Shown piece after piece: positions 62,778 through 64,000 of a DNA stretch of 64,000 nt. The DNA comes from Mustelus asterias (lineage: Eukaryota), in assembly GCF_964213995.1 (NCBI RefSeq), contig NC_135804.1, forward strand, positions 59,954,001 through 60,018,000, written 5' to 3'. The notes beneath the pieces were generated by a model, which ran no database searches, had not been told where the DNA came from, and saw only the letters and a list, made by a program, of their open reading frames with translations. Every line of letters starts with the position of its first letter. Position 1 is the stretch's first letter. The position numbers and the translations under genes are program-made.

Positions 62778-64000
62778 GAGTCATAGAGTCATAGACGTTT
62801 ACAGCATGGAAACAGGCTCTTCGGCCCAACTTGTCCATGCCGCCCAATTTTTTACCATTACTCTTGTCACAATTGCCCACGTTTGGCCCATATCCCTCTA
62901 TACAAATCTTACCCATGTAACTGTCTAAATGCTTTTTCAAAAACAAAATTGTACCCACCTCTACTACTACGTCTGGCAGCTCATTCCAGACATTCACTAC
63001 TCTCTGTGTGAAAGAATTGCCCTCCTGGACCCTTTAGTATCTCCCCCCTTTCACCTTAAACCTATGCCCTCTAGTTTTAGACACCCCTACCTTTGGCAAA
63101 AGACATTGACTAACTATCTTATCTGTGCCCCTCATTATTTTATAGACTCCTATGAGATAACCCCTAAGCCTCCTAAGCTTCAGGGAAAATAGTCCCAATC
63201 TATCCAGCCTCTCCTTATAACTCAAACCATCAAGACACGGTAACATCCTAGTAAATCTTTTCTGCACTCTTTCTAGTTTAATAGTATCCTTTCTATAATA
63301 GGGTGACCAGAACTGTACACAGTATTCCAAGTGTGGCCTTACCAATGTCTTGTACAACTCCAACAAGATGTCCCAACTTCTGTATTCAATGGTCCGACCA
63401 ATGCAACCAAGCATGCCGAATGCCTTCTTCACCATCCTGTCCACCTGCGACTCCACTTTCAAGGAGCTATGAATCTGTGCTCCTAGATCTCTTTCTTCTA
63501 TTACACTCCCTAACACCTTACCATTAACTGAGGAAGTCCTGCCCAGGTTCAATCTACTGAAATGCATCACCTCACATTTATCTAAATTAAACTCCATCTG
63601 TCATTCATCATCCCACTGTCCCAATTGATCAAGATCCTGTTCCAGCCTAGATAACCTTCTTCACTATCCACTATGCCACCAATCTTGGTGTCATCCACAA
63701 ACTTACTAACCATGCCTCCTAAATTCTCACCCAAGTCATTAATATAAATGGCAAATGACAGTGGACCCAGCACCAATCCCTGAGGCACACCACTGGTCAC
63801 AGGCCTCCAGTTTGAAACACAACCCTCTACAACCACCCTCTGGCTTCTGTCATCAAGCCAATTTTGTATCCAATTAGCTACCTCACCCTGGATCCCGTGT
63901 GATTTAACCAGATGCAACAACCTGCCATACGGTACCTTGTCAAAGGCCTTGCTAAAGTTCATGTAGACAACGTCAACTGCACCACCCTCATCTACCTTCT
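62778..64000 (-). mobile_element. CR1 LINE 3' part, running off the window; inserted in an older LINE fragment (62490-62775)
   Basis: [35 protein letters not shown]. (gagtcata)n reverse tail. Confidence 0.93.

Overview
Eukaryotic genomic DNA, very likely from a cartilaginous fish (shark). It carries HE1/V-SINE-type SINEs, many CR1 and Rex1 LINEs and Penelope elements, and most of the window is decayed transposable element sequence. The main host gene is at the left edge: a non-rearranging immunoglobulin-superfamily receptor with a germline-joined VJ-type V exon (144-449), a C1-set exon (3473-3769) and a transmembrane exon containing an Arg and a stop just before the splice donor (5032-5137). 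Its leader exon lies outside the window. Orphan cytoplasmic exons with ITSM/ITIM motifs (36815-38400) and a decayed leader-like exon (~53004) suggest a birth-and-death cluster of paired activating/inhibitory, antigen-receptor-like genes. Other notable items: a pol-less endogenous retrovirus with a paramyxovirus-F-like env (lokiretrovirus-like) whose 3' half is inverted; a near-complete Harbinger transposon (Myb-like gene plus transposase, TIRs, TSD); a Gypsy element whose primer-binding position is complementary to its own LTR poly(A) signal; Gmr1-like Gypsy relics; Penelope elements with hammerhead ribozymes; a processed histone H3.3 pseudogene; and an NRF1/ETS/CRE promoter. All calls come from reading the sequence by eye, and repeat boundaries are approximate.
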